IMG/VR virus record: IMGVR_UViG_3300044723_003813
Span: 1-43,164 of that record
Length of the DNA stretch: 43,164 nucleotides
Strand: one strand, 5' to 3'
Source: a virus
Taxonomy: Duplodnaviria; Caudoviricetes
How positions within the stretch are numbered: position 1 is the stretch's first letter; each line of letters begins with the position of its first letter. A program made the position numbers and the translations under genes. Below are positions 1 to 9,423 of this stretch, in pieces. The notes below the pieces were generated by a model. It did no database searches. It saw only the letters and a program-made list of their open reading frames with translations, and was not told where the DNA came from.

Positions 1-2
1 CA

Positions 3-2909
3 GTTTCTGGCGATCAGCCTATAAAGAAATACAACACCACCTATCTGTTCTTTACTGATAATCTAATTAGCCCTCCAAATCACGATGTTATTATTAACAG
101 TTTTGATAAGAGAAGGCTTAAGTATCTCCCTCTGTGGAACGCTAAGTCTTCACACTTTGATTTTACTGTATCGGGAGCAGGCTTTGATTTAGAATTCTTC
201 CAGTCACCAAACTATAACAGATACGATTTCACAAACTCTTTAGCTTCTGTAGCGGACTTTACACCTTCAAAAGCTATAGCTAGAGTCCATGTTGATATAA
301 GTGGAGTTGACCAAGTATCTACTGGAGATTACTTCTTCCCAAAAGTTAAATACTCTTTAGTTGATCTTCAGCCCCCCTCTGGAGCAGCCGCATCATGGCA
401 AGCTTCTGGATTAGACATGAGGAATCCTAACTTAGGTCTTAGAGGTGCTGATATTCATAGACCACCTTTCTTTGTTGAGGACTTAAGTAAGACTCATATA
501 AACCACGCTGCTCTTCCTTGCTTTACTAGAAACCAAACCTTGTTTGGAGTAGCTCCCATAACCACTAATCCTTTAACTGCTTCTGGTCCATACACCGCTG
601 AAGCTCCTAGGACTGCGGTTAGAAGAAGGAACAACGAGAAATCCATTACGAAGGGGGAGTGGTATTCAAGAACCGGATATAACCAACCTACTTTCTATAA
701 CGGAGCATCTTCCACAGTATATGATCCTAATGCATCTGAAGATACTCTTTATGATTTCTTGCCATTGGGGTGGACTCCTAGCTCATACTCCTTTACACCA
801 GTAACCTTACCCGTAAGTGGCATATGGGATCGTTGTGAGACTGTAGACTCATCTTCAATTTACAATGGTGTGGAGACATCCGCCTGTTACGAGATTAGAG
901 GCTCTGTAAATTATACGGCTACCTCCAGTATAAAGAAAGACGAAGAGCATTTCTATGTTGATAGAAGCAACTTGTCAGAGGTTATAATCCTCATCAAGCA
1001 ACTTCTTGATGAGAAGATAAAAGCCAAAGCTGCTGAGATTTATAACAGTAACCGATCTCTTTTTGATGCATCCGCGTCGTATCTTAACATTGTTGATAGT
1101 CTTGCTAACTACATGATAAACAATGGAGAGGACTCAATATCTGATTACTTTGATTTTGAATTTGGTACTACAAAACCAAAGTGTAAAGGTCTGTTCATCG
1201 GTATGCACAGACTATATGACGCTTATGTTAAAAGCTTAGGGTTCCACTCCGTTTCTGACTCTGAGTTGAACTCGCTAGACGATGGTGGTCTTAGTGTTAT
1301 ATCTCACGCCTATGGACCATTAGCTTATAACGCAAAGCTTACTGTGAACGGCGAAGAGTACAATAGTAATTACAACAAGAAGTCGGGTTCTGTATCTGAT
1401 GAGTTTGTATTCTCTACTTCAGCAGCGAGCCTCACTGCATTCTATGAGGCAGATACCGTCAAGGATCTCTATGCTGGTAGGACTCCTGAAAGGAGATGCT
1501 TCGGTCTTCTTAGCGGAGTTGAGGTAGTTGATACCTCTACATCTCCCAATGTTATGTCATGCTTCAACTTGTCTTCCGATAGAAGTATTCTTGGAGGACC
1601 AGTGGACCTAGTAGGTAAGAACATCATTGCCATGAAATCTTTAAGGGGTCTTCCTAGATTAAGATATCACATAGGTTCTGATAACGGGTCAGGAGAAACT
1701 TACGGTCCTAGAGTAAACAAGCTTGTACCAGAGCATGATTTCGATTTCCAGGTTAGTTCTCAATTCTTAGAAGAGTTTAGTAATGTAAAGGGTGGAGGGT
1801 CTGTAGGAATATGGATCCACACTATCCCAGAGCTAGACGCAAACGGGGACTATGTTTTCTGGAACTACATGCCTAACGGTAAGTGGGAAATGCATAAAGC
1901 AACTGATGTAGCTTTTAACAATTACGGAATGACTAAGATTAAGAATGAGCTTAGTCACTTAGTAGACATAAGAGAAAGCTCCATCATAAGAGATCTAGTT
2001 CCTTGTTACGAATCAGGTGAGCCTTCTAAACTATCTCTACTGTCTGTAGGTGCAAATGATTTCAATATCGGATCTATTAGATTCAATACTCAAAACAGGT
2101 TAATAAAAGTTCCTGTTGAGTACTATCAAAAGTATCAACAAGTTCATAGACTTGACCAAAGCTACGCTGTAGAAATATTCCCCTTGCCATCTAATGAAGG
2201 GTTCAGGGATTCAGATACCAAGAAGTATTGGATATGCAAAGGAATGCAAATTGTAGACAGGTACTTCAACTCTTGCACAAATACCATTGAGCATGTTGAT
2301 ATACCTAGCTTCGCTCCTGCGTTTAGTCCAACAGTATCCTCTATAGTGTTCTACAGAGAGGACGGGTCTATTGTTCCACAGGATACGCTAATGTATGTTG
2401 ATGAGGACGGGAATATAACGCTTGACGGAGAAAAGATTACTTACGGGTTTACTTCTCCTGTAGTACAATCCCCAGAGAAGCCAAAGCTTTACTCTAAGGT
2501 ATACGCTTATACAAAATCATCTTGGGTGTCTGAAAGCTTGCTTGTAGATTCAGAGGAAACAACAAACTTCTTTATTGATAATGTAAAGTATGTTGGAGAG
2601 TTTACTCAGGACAGTGACTACATATTATCACCATATACTTTAGGTATGGTAGGTTCTGAATTAGGAAGCCACATTGTAAAGCCTGCTACGATATACTACA
2701 AGGTATCCCCTGAGAATATACTAAGAGCTTTTAGGCACTTTAGATATGTCTCTGAACAAATATCTTCTAGAGATAATTCTGAAACTGAGGACCTTTACGG
2801 TTTAAGTGGTGGAGGTAGACTTAACTATAGAATACATCCAGCCTCGTATCAGAATGACAACACTTGGCAAACTTCCAAGAGATATAATGAGTTGGAGTTT
2901 TATAACTGA
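3..2909 (+). CDS. Large virion structural protein, probably baseplate wedge (5'-truncated; frame open from the window edge)
   Basis: Frame 3 has no stop from position 3 to the ATG at 417, so the ORF-track start is internal. Lies at the head of a translationally coupled baseplate/fibre block. Function inferred from context only. Confidence 0.5.
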   Translation, partial: VSGDQPIKKYNTTYLFFTDNLISPPNHDVIINSFDKRRLKYLPLWNAKSSHFDFTVSGAGFDLEFFQSPNYNRYDFTNSLASVADFTPSKAIARVHVDISGVDQVSTGDYFFPKVKYSLVDLQPPSGAAASWQASGLDMRNPNLGLRGADIHRPPFFVEDLSKTHINHAALPCFTRNQTLFGVAPITTNPLTASGPYTAEAPRTAVRRRNNEKSITKGEWYSRTGYNQPTFYNGASSTVYDPNASEDTLYDFLPLGWTPSSYSFTPVTLPVSGIWDRCETVDSSSIYNGVETSACYEIRGSVNYTATSSIKKDEEHFYVDRSNLSEVIILIKQLLDEKIKAKAAEIYNSNRSLFDASASYLNIVDSLANYMINNGEDSISDYFDFEFGTTKPKCKGLFIGMHRLYDAYVKSLGFHSVSDSELNSLDDGGLSVISHAYGPLAYNAKLTVNGEEYNSNYNKKSGSVSDEFVFSTSAASLTAFYEADTVKDLYAGRTPERRCFGLLSGVEVVDTSTSPNVMSCFNLSSDRSILGGPVDLVGKNIIAMKSLRGLPRLRYHIGSDNGSGETYGPRVNKLVPEHDFDFQVSSQFLEEFSNVKGGGSVGIWIHTIPELDANGDYVFWNYMPNGKWEMHKATDVAFNNYGMTKIKNELSHLVDIRESSIIRDLVPCYESGEPSKLSLLSVGANDFNIGSIRFNTQNRLIKVPVEYYQKYQQVHRLDQSYAVEIFPLPSNEGFRDSDTKKYWICKGMQIVDRYFNSCTNTIEHVDIPSFAPAFSPTVSSIVFYREDGSIVPQDTLMYVDEDGNITLDGEKITYGFTSPVVQSPEKPKLYSKVYAYTKSSWVSESLLVDSEETTNFFIDNVKYVGEFTQDSDYILSPYTLGMVGSELGSHIVKPATIYYKVSPENILRAFRHFRYVSEQISSRDNSETEDLYGLSGGGRLNYRIHPASYQNDNTWQTSKRYNELEFYN

Positions 2910-4648
2910 TGAGAGGCGAAGTAGAGGTTATAGCTGTTGTTGATGGTTCTTCTAGAACCATCTTGAAGGATAGCAATATGATAATGGATGGTTTTGGTGA
3001 GAGCATAGTTTCTATACTCACCACTCCTTCGGGTATTGTTGCAAACGGTGCTAGAGGGTCTGCTAATGATTTAGATAGCAGGTTAGATACCTCAAACTAC
3101 ATCATCCAAGGACTTGCTTTCGGAAAGGGAACCTACGGATATTTAAACAATACTCACAAGTTTAATAACCAAAACTTTGTTCACTATTCAGAAGATCTTA
3201 CGAACGCAGTATGGGAAGCTTTTGATCTTAATGTCAGTCAGGTTAGTTCAGTTCAGGCACCAAACCAGTTCAGCAAAGTTTTCCTAATAGAATCGTCAGC
3301 TATATCTACAGCAAAAGAAGGTAAATCACTGTGTCAAGATACGGCACTGAACGGGAAGGAGACTGATGGAAAGGATGATAAAATATCTTTTTCTGTTGAC
3401 CTTAAATACAGACATGAACTCCCTCCTTACAAAATTTCTGGTGCTCGGTACAGTACTATTGGAATTGACCAGAACGGAACAGATACTTATCTTGTGTTAA
3501 GGTGGGATGCAAGCGGTAACGCTTCTTTACTAGATTCCAATAGAGACGGTACAAGTGATTGCAGGTTCTCTAGCGGTTTTATTAAGAACCTAGGAAACGG
3601 TTGGTACAGAGCATGTGTAGTTCCTAAGGTAGACACTGGGTCAGGTAGCGTGTCCAGGGTTCGCGTCTACCCTTCACTACCTATAGATGCCACAGCATTA
3701 GGATTTACAGCAGCTTCTATTAGGGACTCACTAGGAAGCGTATATGTATCAAGACCTAAAGCAGTTATAAGTAACTTTCCAACGCATTACACTTCTAGCA
3801 CAGGTCAAGTATCCTTAGAAGAAAATAGCGAATACGGTACTGGCGTATCCTTTTCTGGTATAGTTTATGGGGACTCAACCTTAGGAACTCTTTACACTGA
3901 TACATCAGCATACAACGCTGTGGTCAATCAACCAGAGATGCCAAACCCAGTGAATGAAGTTCTAGAACCCCATACAGTATATTCTCTAGAAACCATATCA
4001 GACCTAAGGATAGACGGGTTCCATAATAAGAACTTCAACTCCTTTAGTGGAATACATGTAAGTAGCTATCTCCCTGATTGGGATGTTGGTGCTGGGACAT
4101 CAGCCATAACTAGTGATAACTTTAGCTACTACATGGGATGCTACGCTCCAACCAGCGGAATCACCGTAGCTGTAACAGATTCAACGGACTTCTCTTCAAT
4201 AGTAGCATCCTCTGTTGGACTGAGTGGATCTTACGCTTCACTTAGAACTATGGATAAGGATGGACATGTAAGATCGTTCTACCCTGCTTTGGGTGATACT
4301 CAAGATGCTTCTGGAAGATTGATTGTGTCTGCTAATTCAGACTTCTCTTCCACGGGCGAGCTATCATGCATATCAATAATACCTAAACCTGACGCTGTAG
4401 TGTCCAATATGTATGGAGGTATTTTCGAAGCAGGGTTGTTTTCACTAGATTTAGAAAGAACACTAAGGGAATTAGGAACTCAACCTCCTTACAACAAGGA
4501 TGTGGATACTGGAGATGATTTCAAAATGAAGCTTATCGCCAGAAAAACATTTAATGATAACATAGTCGTATGTAGAGATGAGGGTTCAAACGGTGGTGTA
4601 GCCAACCATGATGATGTAAAAATAATCTGGAGGTTGAAGTTTATATGA
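2909..4648 (+). CDS. Baseplate/tail-fibre-attachment-type protein, paralogue 1, with inserted putative carbohydrate-binding domain
   Basis: N-term MRGEVEV..N.I.DG.G and C-term E.GLF...L.ARK.F...W..KF are shared with the next two ORFs. Internal N..YSE....W / GNGWYR segment. TGATG coupling to the upstream gene. Confidence 0.55.
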   Translation: MRGEVEVIAVVDGSSRTILKDSNMIMDGFGESIVSILTTPSGIVANGARGSANDLDSRLDTSNYIIQGLAFGKGTYGYLNNTHKFNNQNFVHYSEDLTNAVWEAFDLNVSQVSSVQAPNQFSKVFLIESSAISTAKEGKSLCQDTALNGKETDGKDDKISFSVDLKYRHELPPYKISGARYSTIGIDQNGTDTYLVLRWDASGNASLLDSNRDGTSDCRFSSGFIKNLGNGWYRACVVPKVDTGSGSVSRVRVYPSLPIDATALGFTAASIRDSLGSVYVSRPKAVISNFPTHYTSSTGQVSLEENSEYGTGVSFSGIVYGDSTLGTLYTDTSAYNAVVNQPEMPNPVNEVLEPHTVYSLETISDLRIDGFHNKNFNSFSGIHVSSYLPDWDVGAGTSAITSDNFSYYMGCYAPTSGITVAVTDSTDFSSIVASSVGLSGSYASLRTMDKDGHVRSFYPALGDTQDASGRLIVSANSDFSSTGELSCISIIPKPDAVVSNMYGGIFEAGLFSLDLERTLRELGTQPPYNKDVDTGDDFKMKLIARKTFNDNIVVCRDEGSNGGVANHDDVKIIWRLKFI

Positions 4649-5301
4649 GAGGCGAGGTTACGATAACTAAAGTTTATAACGATGGCAGCCGTGAGGTAGT
4701 CTGCTCTGAAGAGTGTAACATTCTTACAGACGGCTTAGGTATATCCATGGTTAACCTATTTACGACTAATGCCGATCTTTTCCAAGGAAGCCTTGAGGAT
4801 TTTCAACTGAAATACTTCCAACTAGGTACAGACACCTATGTCGATACAAGCCTCATGACCGACGAGCAGTTTGAAAACTGGGAAGACTCGCTCCCTGAAG
4901 GTGTAGAGAATAACTTCTACGAATTGTCGTCACCTTTATCTTACTCTGAGTATGGAACGGATACCACTGTTCATGTAGATAATAAAAAGATAATAACTGT
5001 AGAAACCCCATTCCTAGAACCTTATGCATTATCCTACATATACGAGGAGCAGCCTGTGGCTTATTTGGAAAGATCCTCTGTAACTAGGTTTGTAGATGAT
5101 GCTATTCATGTAAAACTTAATTTAGATGAAGGTAGTGCCGTAGGGCAAGACTTAAAAGAGTTTGGATTATTTATAAAAAACCCAAGACATTTTAAGTCCG
5201 ACGATAGACCCGTATTGGCTGCATACAAAATAGTGAGACAGCCTATAAGTAAAACGGATCAGTTCTCTATTGATGTGGACTGGTCAATTTCATTTGAATG
5301 A
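4645..5301 (+). CDS. Baseplate/tail-fibre-attachment-type protein, paralogue 2
   Basis: MRGEVTITKV..N.LTDGLG and KEFGLFIKNP..P.LAAYK...I.KT..F....WSISF. ATGA overlap with the upstream gene. Confidence 0.55.
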   Translation: MRGEVTITKVYNDGSREVVCSEECNILTDGLGISMVNLFTTNADLFQGSLEDFQLKYFQLGTDTYVDTSLMTDEQFENWEDSLPEGVENNFYELSSPLSYSEYGTDTTVHVDNKKIITVETPFLEPYALSYIYEEQPVAYLERSSVTRFVDDAIHVKLNLDEGSAVGQDLKEFGLFIKNPRHFKSDDRPVLAAYKIVRQPISKTDQFSIDVDWSISFE

Positions 5302-5354
5302 CCTTATCAAACTCACTTTAGCATTGTAAACACAGTATATAATTAAGTATAGCC

Positions 5355-5936
5355 ATGAATAAAAGCAAGGACCTTAAACCCAAAGGACATGTTGAGATAT
5401 GGAAAGTCTATGAGGATAACCATACTAAGGAATTAGTATGGGAGGAGGACAATGTAATCACCTCAGGCATGGGTGTAGCACTTTCTCACCTATTCTCTGC
5501 TTCCGGCAGCACCTCGATTCTAGGCTATCAGATACTTAACTTCGCGTGCGGAAGTGGAGGAGACATCACAAACTATGGAGCGTCCTCCTTCAAACTTAAT
5601 GACCAATTCCATCAGGATGATTATGGAGATAACGCCAGCCTCGTAATTGAGGAGTTTGCTGCCATAGAAAACGGTTCACTTGGTCTTCCTAAGCACTTCC
5701 CAAGAATAAAATTCAGTAACATACATAAAGTATCACCCACCTCTGCTAGATTTACACTAGTTCTAGATTCTAATACTTTAAATGTTGATGAGGATATAGA
5801 TGAGATTGGTCTTTTCATGAGGAACCCCAGAGGGTTAAACCCGTCTTCACCTATACTTGTAGCTTATAGACCCTTCCCAGGGATCAGAAAAACGAGTTCG
5901 TTCTCGTTAATCTTTGTTTGGACAATACAATTCTAA
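5355..5936 (+). CDS. Baseplate/tail-fibre-attachment-type protein, paralogue 3
   Basis: KGHVEIWKV..NVITSGMG and DEIGLFMRNP..P.LVAYR...I.KT..F....WTIQF. Confidence 0.55.
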   Translation: MNKSKDLKPKGHVEIWKVYEDNHTKELVWEEDNVITSGMGVALSHLFSASGSTSILGYQILNFACGSGGDITNYGASSFKLNDQFHQDDYGDNASLVIEEFAAIENGSLGLPKHFPRIKFSNIHKVSPTSARFTLVLDSNTLNVDEDIDEIGLFMRNPRGLNPSSPILVAYRPFPGIRKTSSFSLIFVWTIQF

Positions 5937-5937
5937 A

Positions 5938-8900
5938 ATGGCTTTTAATTCAGACGATTTATATACGGTAAGCTCAGGGGTTCTCTTAACAGATTACTGG
6001 AACCCTTTTGTAACCAAGCATGACACCAGTTCTTTCTATAACTGGGAGCAGGATAACCTTCCTCTATACGATCTTGAAGAAAGAACTAATTACCTTTGGG
6101 AGAAGCTAGGTTGGCCTACTTCTTCTCTGCCTGGAATGGTGTTGGCCGTTTCCTCATCTATACCAACACACTTAGATGTAAGCTGCAACTTCTTCACTGA
6201 CCTCTCATCGGCGGTACAGGCCCTTCCTGAAATTATTAGGATGCCCACCTTGATTGAGGTTTGTGTGTCTGGGGATGCTGGTGGGCTGGATCTAGATAAT
6301 ATCAAGTGTGAAGGTGATGGTAAGCTTGAGATTATAAACAGACTAGCCCTAACTGTACACGATTCAAGCTCCGTATCCAGAACAGTTGGTGCTGGAAAAG
6401 ATGCTCTTTCTACAGTATCCTCATTGGATATGTACAATTCCTATACAGATGCCTCATGCCTTCTCGCTTCCGCAAATGTATCAGGAGTATTCAACTATAT
6501 AGGTATCGCTGGTAAGAAACCAGTTAGAGGATTTGTTGAAGCAGCTTATACAGGAGCCGCTGCTGATTATAGATCAGACAGGCTAACGACTACTCTATAC
6601 GATAGGCTTGTTACTGGAGGTAATATTTTCTATTCCATCGGAGCTAGAAGTGGCCTTTCTGTAGACTCAACCTGGGAAACATTAGACGCATCTACCTACG
6701 CTGAAACCGATGGTACTTTTATAAGAAGAACCCCTCTTCCTAATAATGCAAACGCACCAGTTCACGGGTTCTTAACTTCTAACTACCTTCGTCATATAAA
6801 CATATCTAACTGTGACGGACCTATTTTCATTAGAGGTTTTATAACTGACCCTGCTGGAGACTCTGCTTCAGAACCTTACACTTACGATTCCAGCGAGTCC
6901 AGCATGAGCGGCATGGTGGGCATTAAAGTTTCAAACTCCGAGAATGTCACTCTTGAGCAATGTGGTTCCACCAGAGCTAGAGAGGTCGGTTGCTTACTTG
7001 AAAACTCAAAAGTTTTCCTAAGAAGAGGTTTTGGATTAAGTAGAAACTATGAGCCACTTTCCACTACGGAAAGACATGGCCGTAAGACTTACGGATTAAA
7101 AGCAATTAATAGTGAGGTTACGATCAAGACAGACTCGGTTGTTTCCGGGTTTAATTACTTCTTCAACATTCAAAACCAAGATGTAGGTATCCTCCTAGAA
7201 AACTCCATATTAAACGGAGGCCAGTCTAGAAACATAGATACGCAATACACTATACTAAACTCTTCTTACAACCTTACAGGCGTAGAAGCAATAAACTCCG
7301 ACATTGATATTTACGGTTACCTTTCTGTTTATAGTAATGATGTCGGTCTGAAGGCCCACAGTTCAACTATTAAACTTGATAACATGTGGGTTGAGCTAAA
7401 TCAAAGTGTCGGATTCGATCTACTAAACACTAATGTAACCTATAACACAGTTGGTGGAAGGCAGTCCCTCGTCTCATTAAACGAAACTCAGACACTTTCT
7501 CATAACTACCAGATAGGCTTCTGCTCTAACGGTCAACATTTAAAGATGTCTAACTCATCCTTTAGACCAAAGAGTTACATTGACGCCTACAACAAATCAC
7601 CTTACTCAACATTCTCCTTACACATGGGGGTAGAAACTTCTGGTTCAGCAGAAACTAACCTATCTCCAGGTATTGAGCTTGATAACTCAAACTGTGAAAT
7701 TGTTTACGGAAGACTTGTAGCTCCTGGAGGTAATGGTTCTCCTATAAGTTACTTGAGAGGAAGTGTTGTTGATGGTGCTTTGGTTAGAGCTAATAATAAT
7801 TCTGAAGTCCTATTTAGAGGAGGCAAGCATTCAGCTTCCATCTTAGTCGGACCAGAAGGCGCATTACTTCAGGCTAAGTCTTCTGGAGTGTCTGTTAATA
7901 ATAACTCCACTTGTAGATTTAGTGGACCTACCTTTATAGGACAATTTGGGGTAGATGTTTTAGCTGACTATAACTCTACTGTCAAGTTTGAACCTCACAG
8001 AAACGAGGATGGAAATGGTCTTGCTGTAAGTGCTTGGAACTTAACAGATGCACAAAACCACACATCAGTAGAGCTTCACTCTACCCGAGCCTGTCTTGTA
8101 GCTAATAACGGATCTAACATTGTCATGGAGGATATGGGTGATTACCACTCATTCTGGGACAGGGAGATTATAGGGGGTTCTGTTTCTTCTTCTGATTATG
8201 GAACTGGTACAGAAAACTTTGCATTTAACACTTCATCCTACTTCTCTGCTGGATCTATGATGTTCCTTCCAAACCCAAATGATCAGACTCTAGCATCTCC
8301 ATACAATCTTCCTATAACTAAAATCATTTACAACTCTACTAACTCAGCGCCTCAAACCCCTGTAGCTATAGGGGGAGGTAAATATGTAGGATTCCTTGCC
8401 GACAACTGGCACGACATGGCAGAAGATGATTTCATCAATACCTATTCTATGGGAGGAATGTGCGTTAGAGCCTTGAACGGTAGTAGAGTTAAGGCTTCTA
8501 ATGTTCACTTCATGCCAGGGCCTACTTTGACGGATAAGGAGTACTTTGATCCTAGCGCCTTAGGTAATAACGCAGGTTGCTATAACCTAAGGATATGGAA
8601 CATAGGTCCTGGGTCTTACTTAGATGCAGCGTATTGCAGCGTCAGTGGAACACACCCAAGCCAAGCCAACTATGTAGGACCACACGCTGTTTACACGAAG
8701 TCTGGTGGACAGTTTGGACTAGGCTTCGACTCATCCGCAGTCGCTTACAGAGCGTTCGAGGGAGCACCTTACGATGCTTCTGCTGGTCACCCTGATCTAA
8801 GCACACTATCCATTCTAGATTACTTCGGAAGTGGAGTCCAGTGCAGCGCAATCTTCTCAGAAAAACTACAAGCAGTTAATAGAAGGAGAAGCGGATCCAA

Positions 8901-9423
8901 CTCCTATATAGGATTTGAAACACCACAAAACAGGGGTCCTTTCAGACTATACTTTGCTATAGATCCTGCTGCAAAGGATTTATTCTATGCAAGTGGAACT
9001 CCTGAAGAATTCCCAATAGAAGCTGTAGAGGACAATAGACCTTATCAAGCACTATCGCAAGGGTACTTCCTGTCAGGGACTTGTTCAGGGTTGGAATCTG
9101 TAGCGTCTGGAATCCACCTAGATCTGTACACTGTATCTTCTAATTCGGTGGACCCCTCTGGTACACTAGCAATTTCTGGTTACTATCATGTATCTTCCTT
9201 TATAGATCCTACATTTGCAAGAAGGGTAGTAATTGATGAATCAGCCGCTAACACATTCGCTAACGCAAAACACTGCTCTCTCGATCTTTTAGGCAGACCA
9301 AAGCTCGTAACTATATACAGGGCTACAATATCTCCTGAAGGAGAGTCGGCAAGCCCACTAACTGATGGGTTTGGAAGAGGGTTTAAGTCTTCTAACATCT
9401 TCGATTTAAAGAGGGATAACTAA
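5938..9423 (+). CDS. Tailspike/tail fibre with probable right-handed parallel beta-helix
   Basis: Start placed at ATG 5938, 1 nt after the upstream TAA. N-terminal fibre-type motif DNLPLYDLEERTNYLW. Repeated G[ILV].[ALV].NS.[VI] beta-helix-like rungs. Confidence 0.6.
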   Translation: MAFNSDDLYTVSSGVLLTDYWNPFVTKHDTSSFYNWEQDNLPLYDLEERTNYLWEKLGWPTSSLPGMVLAVSSSIPTHLDVSCNFFTDLSSAVQALPEIIRMPTLIEVCVSGDAGGLDLDNIKCEGDGKLEIINRLALTVHDSSSVSRTVGAGKDALSTVSSLDMYNSYTDASCLLASANVSGVFNYIGIAGKKPVRGFVEAAYTGAAADYRSDRLTTTLYDRLVTGGNIFYSIGARSGLSVDSTWETLDASTYAETDGTFIRRTPLPNNANAPVHGFLTSNYLRHINISNCDGPIFIRGFITDPAGDSASEPYTYDSSESSMSGMVGIKVSNSENVTLEQCGSTRAREVGCLLENSKVFLRRGFGLSRNYEPLSTTERHGRKTYGLKAINSEVTIKTDSVVSGFNYFFNIQNQDVGILLENSILNGGQSRNIDTQYTILNSSYNLTGVEAINSDIDIYGYLSVYSNDVGLKAHSSTIKLDNMWVELNQSVGFDLLNTNVTYNTVGGRQSLVSLNETQTLSHNYQIGFCSNGQHLKMSNSSFRPKSYIDAYNKSPYSTFSLHMGVETSGSAETNLSPGIELDNSNCEIVYGRLVAPGGNGSPISYLRGSVVDGALVRANNNSEVLFRGGKHSASILVGPEGALLQAKSSGVSVNNNSTCRFSGPTFIGQFGVDVLADYNSTVKFEPHRNEDGNGLAVSAWNLTDAQNHTSVELHSTRACLVANNGSNIVMEDMGDYHSFWDREIIGGSVSSSDYGTGTENFAFNTSSYFSAGSMMFLPNPNDQTLASPYNLPITKIIYNSTNSAPQTPVAIGGGKYVGFLADNWHDMAEDDFINTYSMGGMCVRALNGSRVKASNVHFMPGPTLTDKEYFDPSALGNNAGCYNLRIWNIGPGSYLDAAYCSVSGTHPSQANYVGPHAVYTKSGGQFGLGFDSSAVAYRAFEGAPYDASAGHPDLSTLSILDYFGSGVQCSAIFSEKLQAVNRRRSGSNSYIGFETPQNRGPFRLYFAIDPAAKDLFYASGTPEEFPIEAVEDNRPYQALSQGYFLSGTCSGLESVASGIHLDLYTVSSNSVDPSGTLAISGYYHVSSFIDPTFARRVVIDESAANTFANAKHCSLDLLGRPKLVTIYRATISPEGESASPLTDGFGRGFKSSNIFDLKRDN

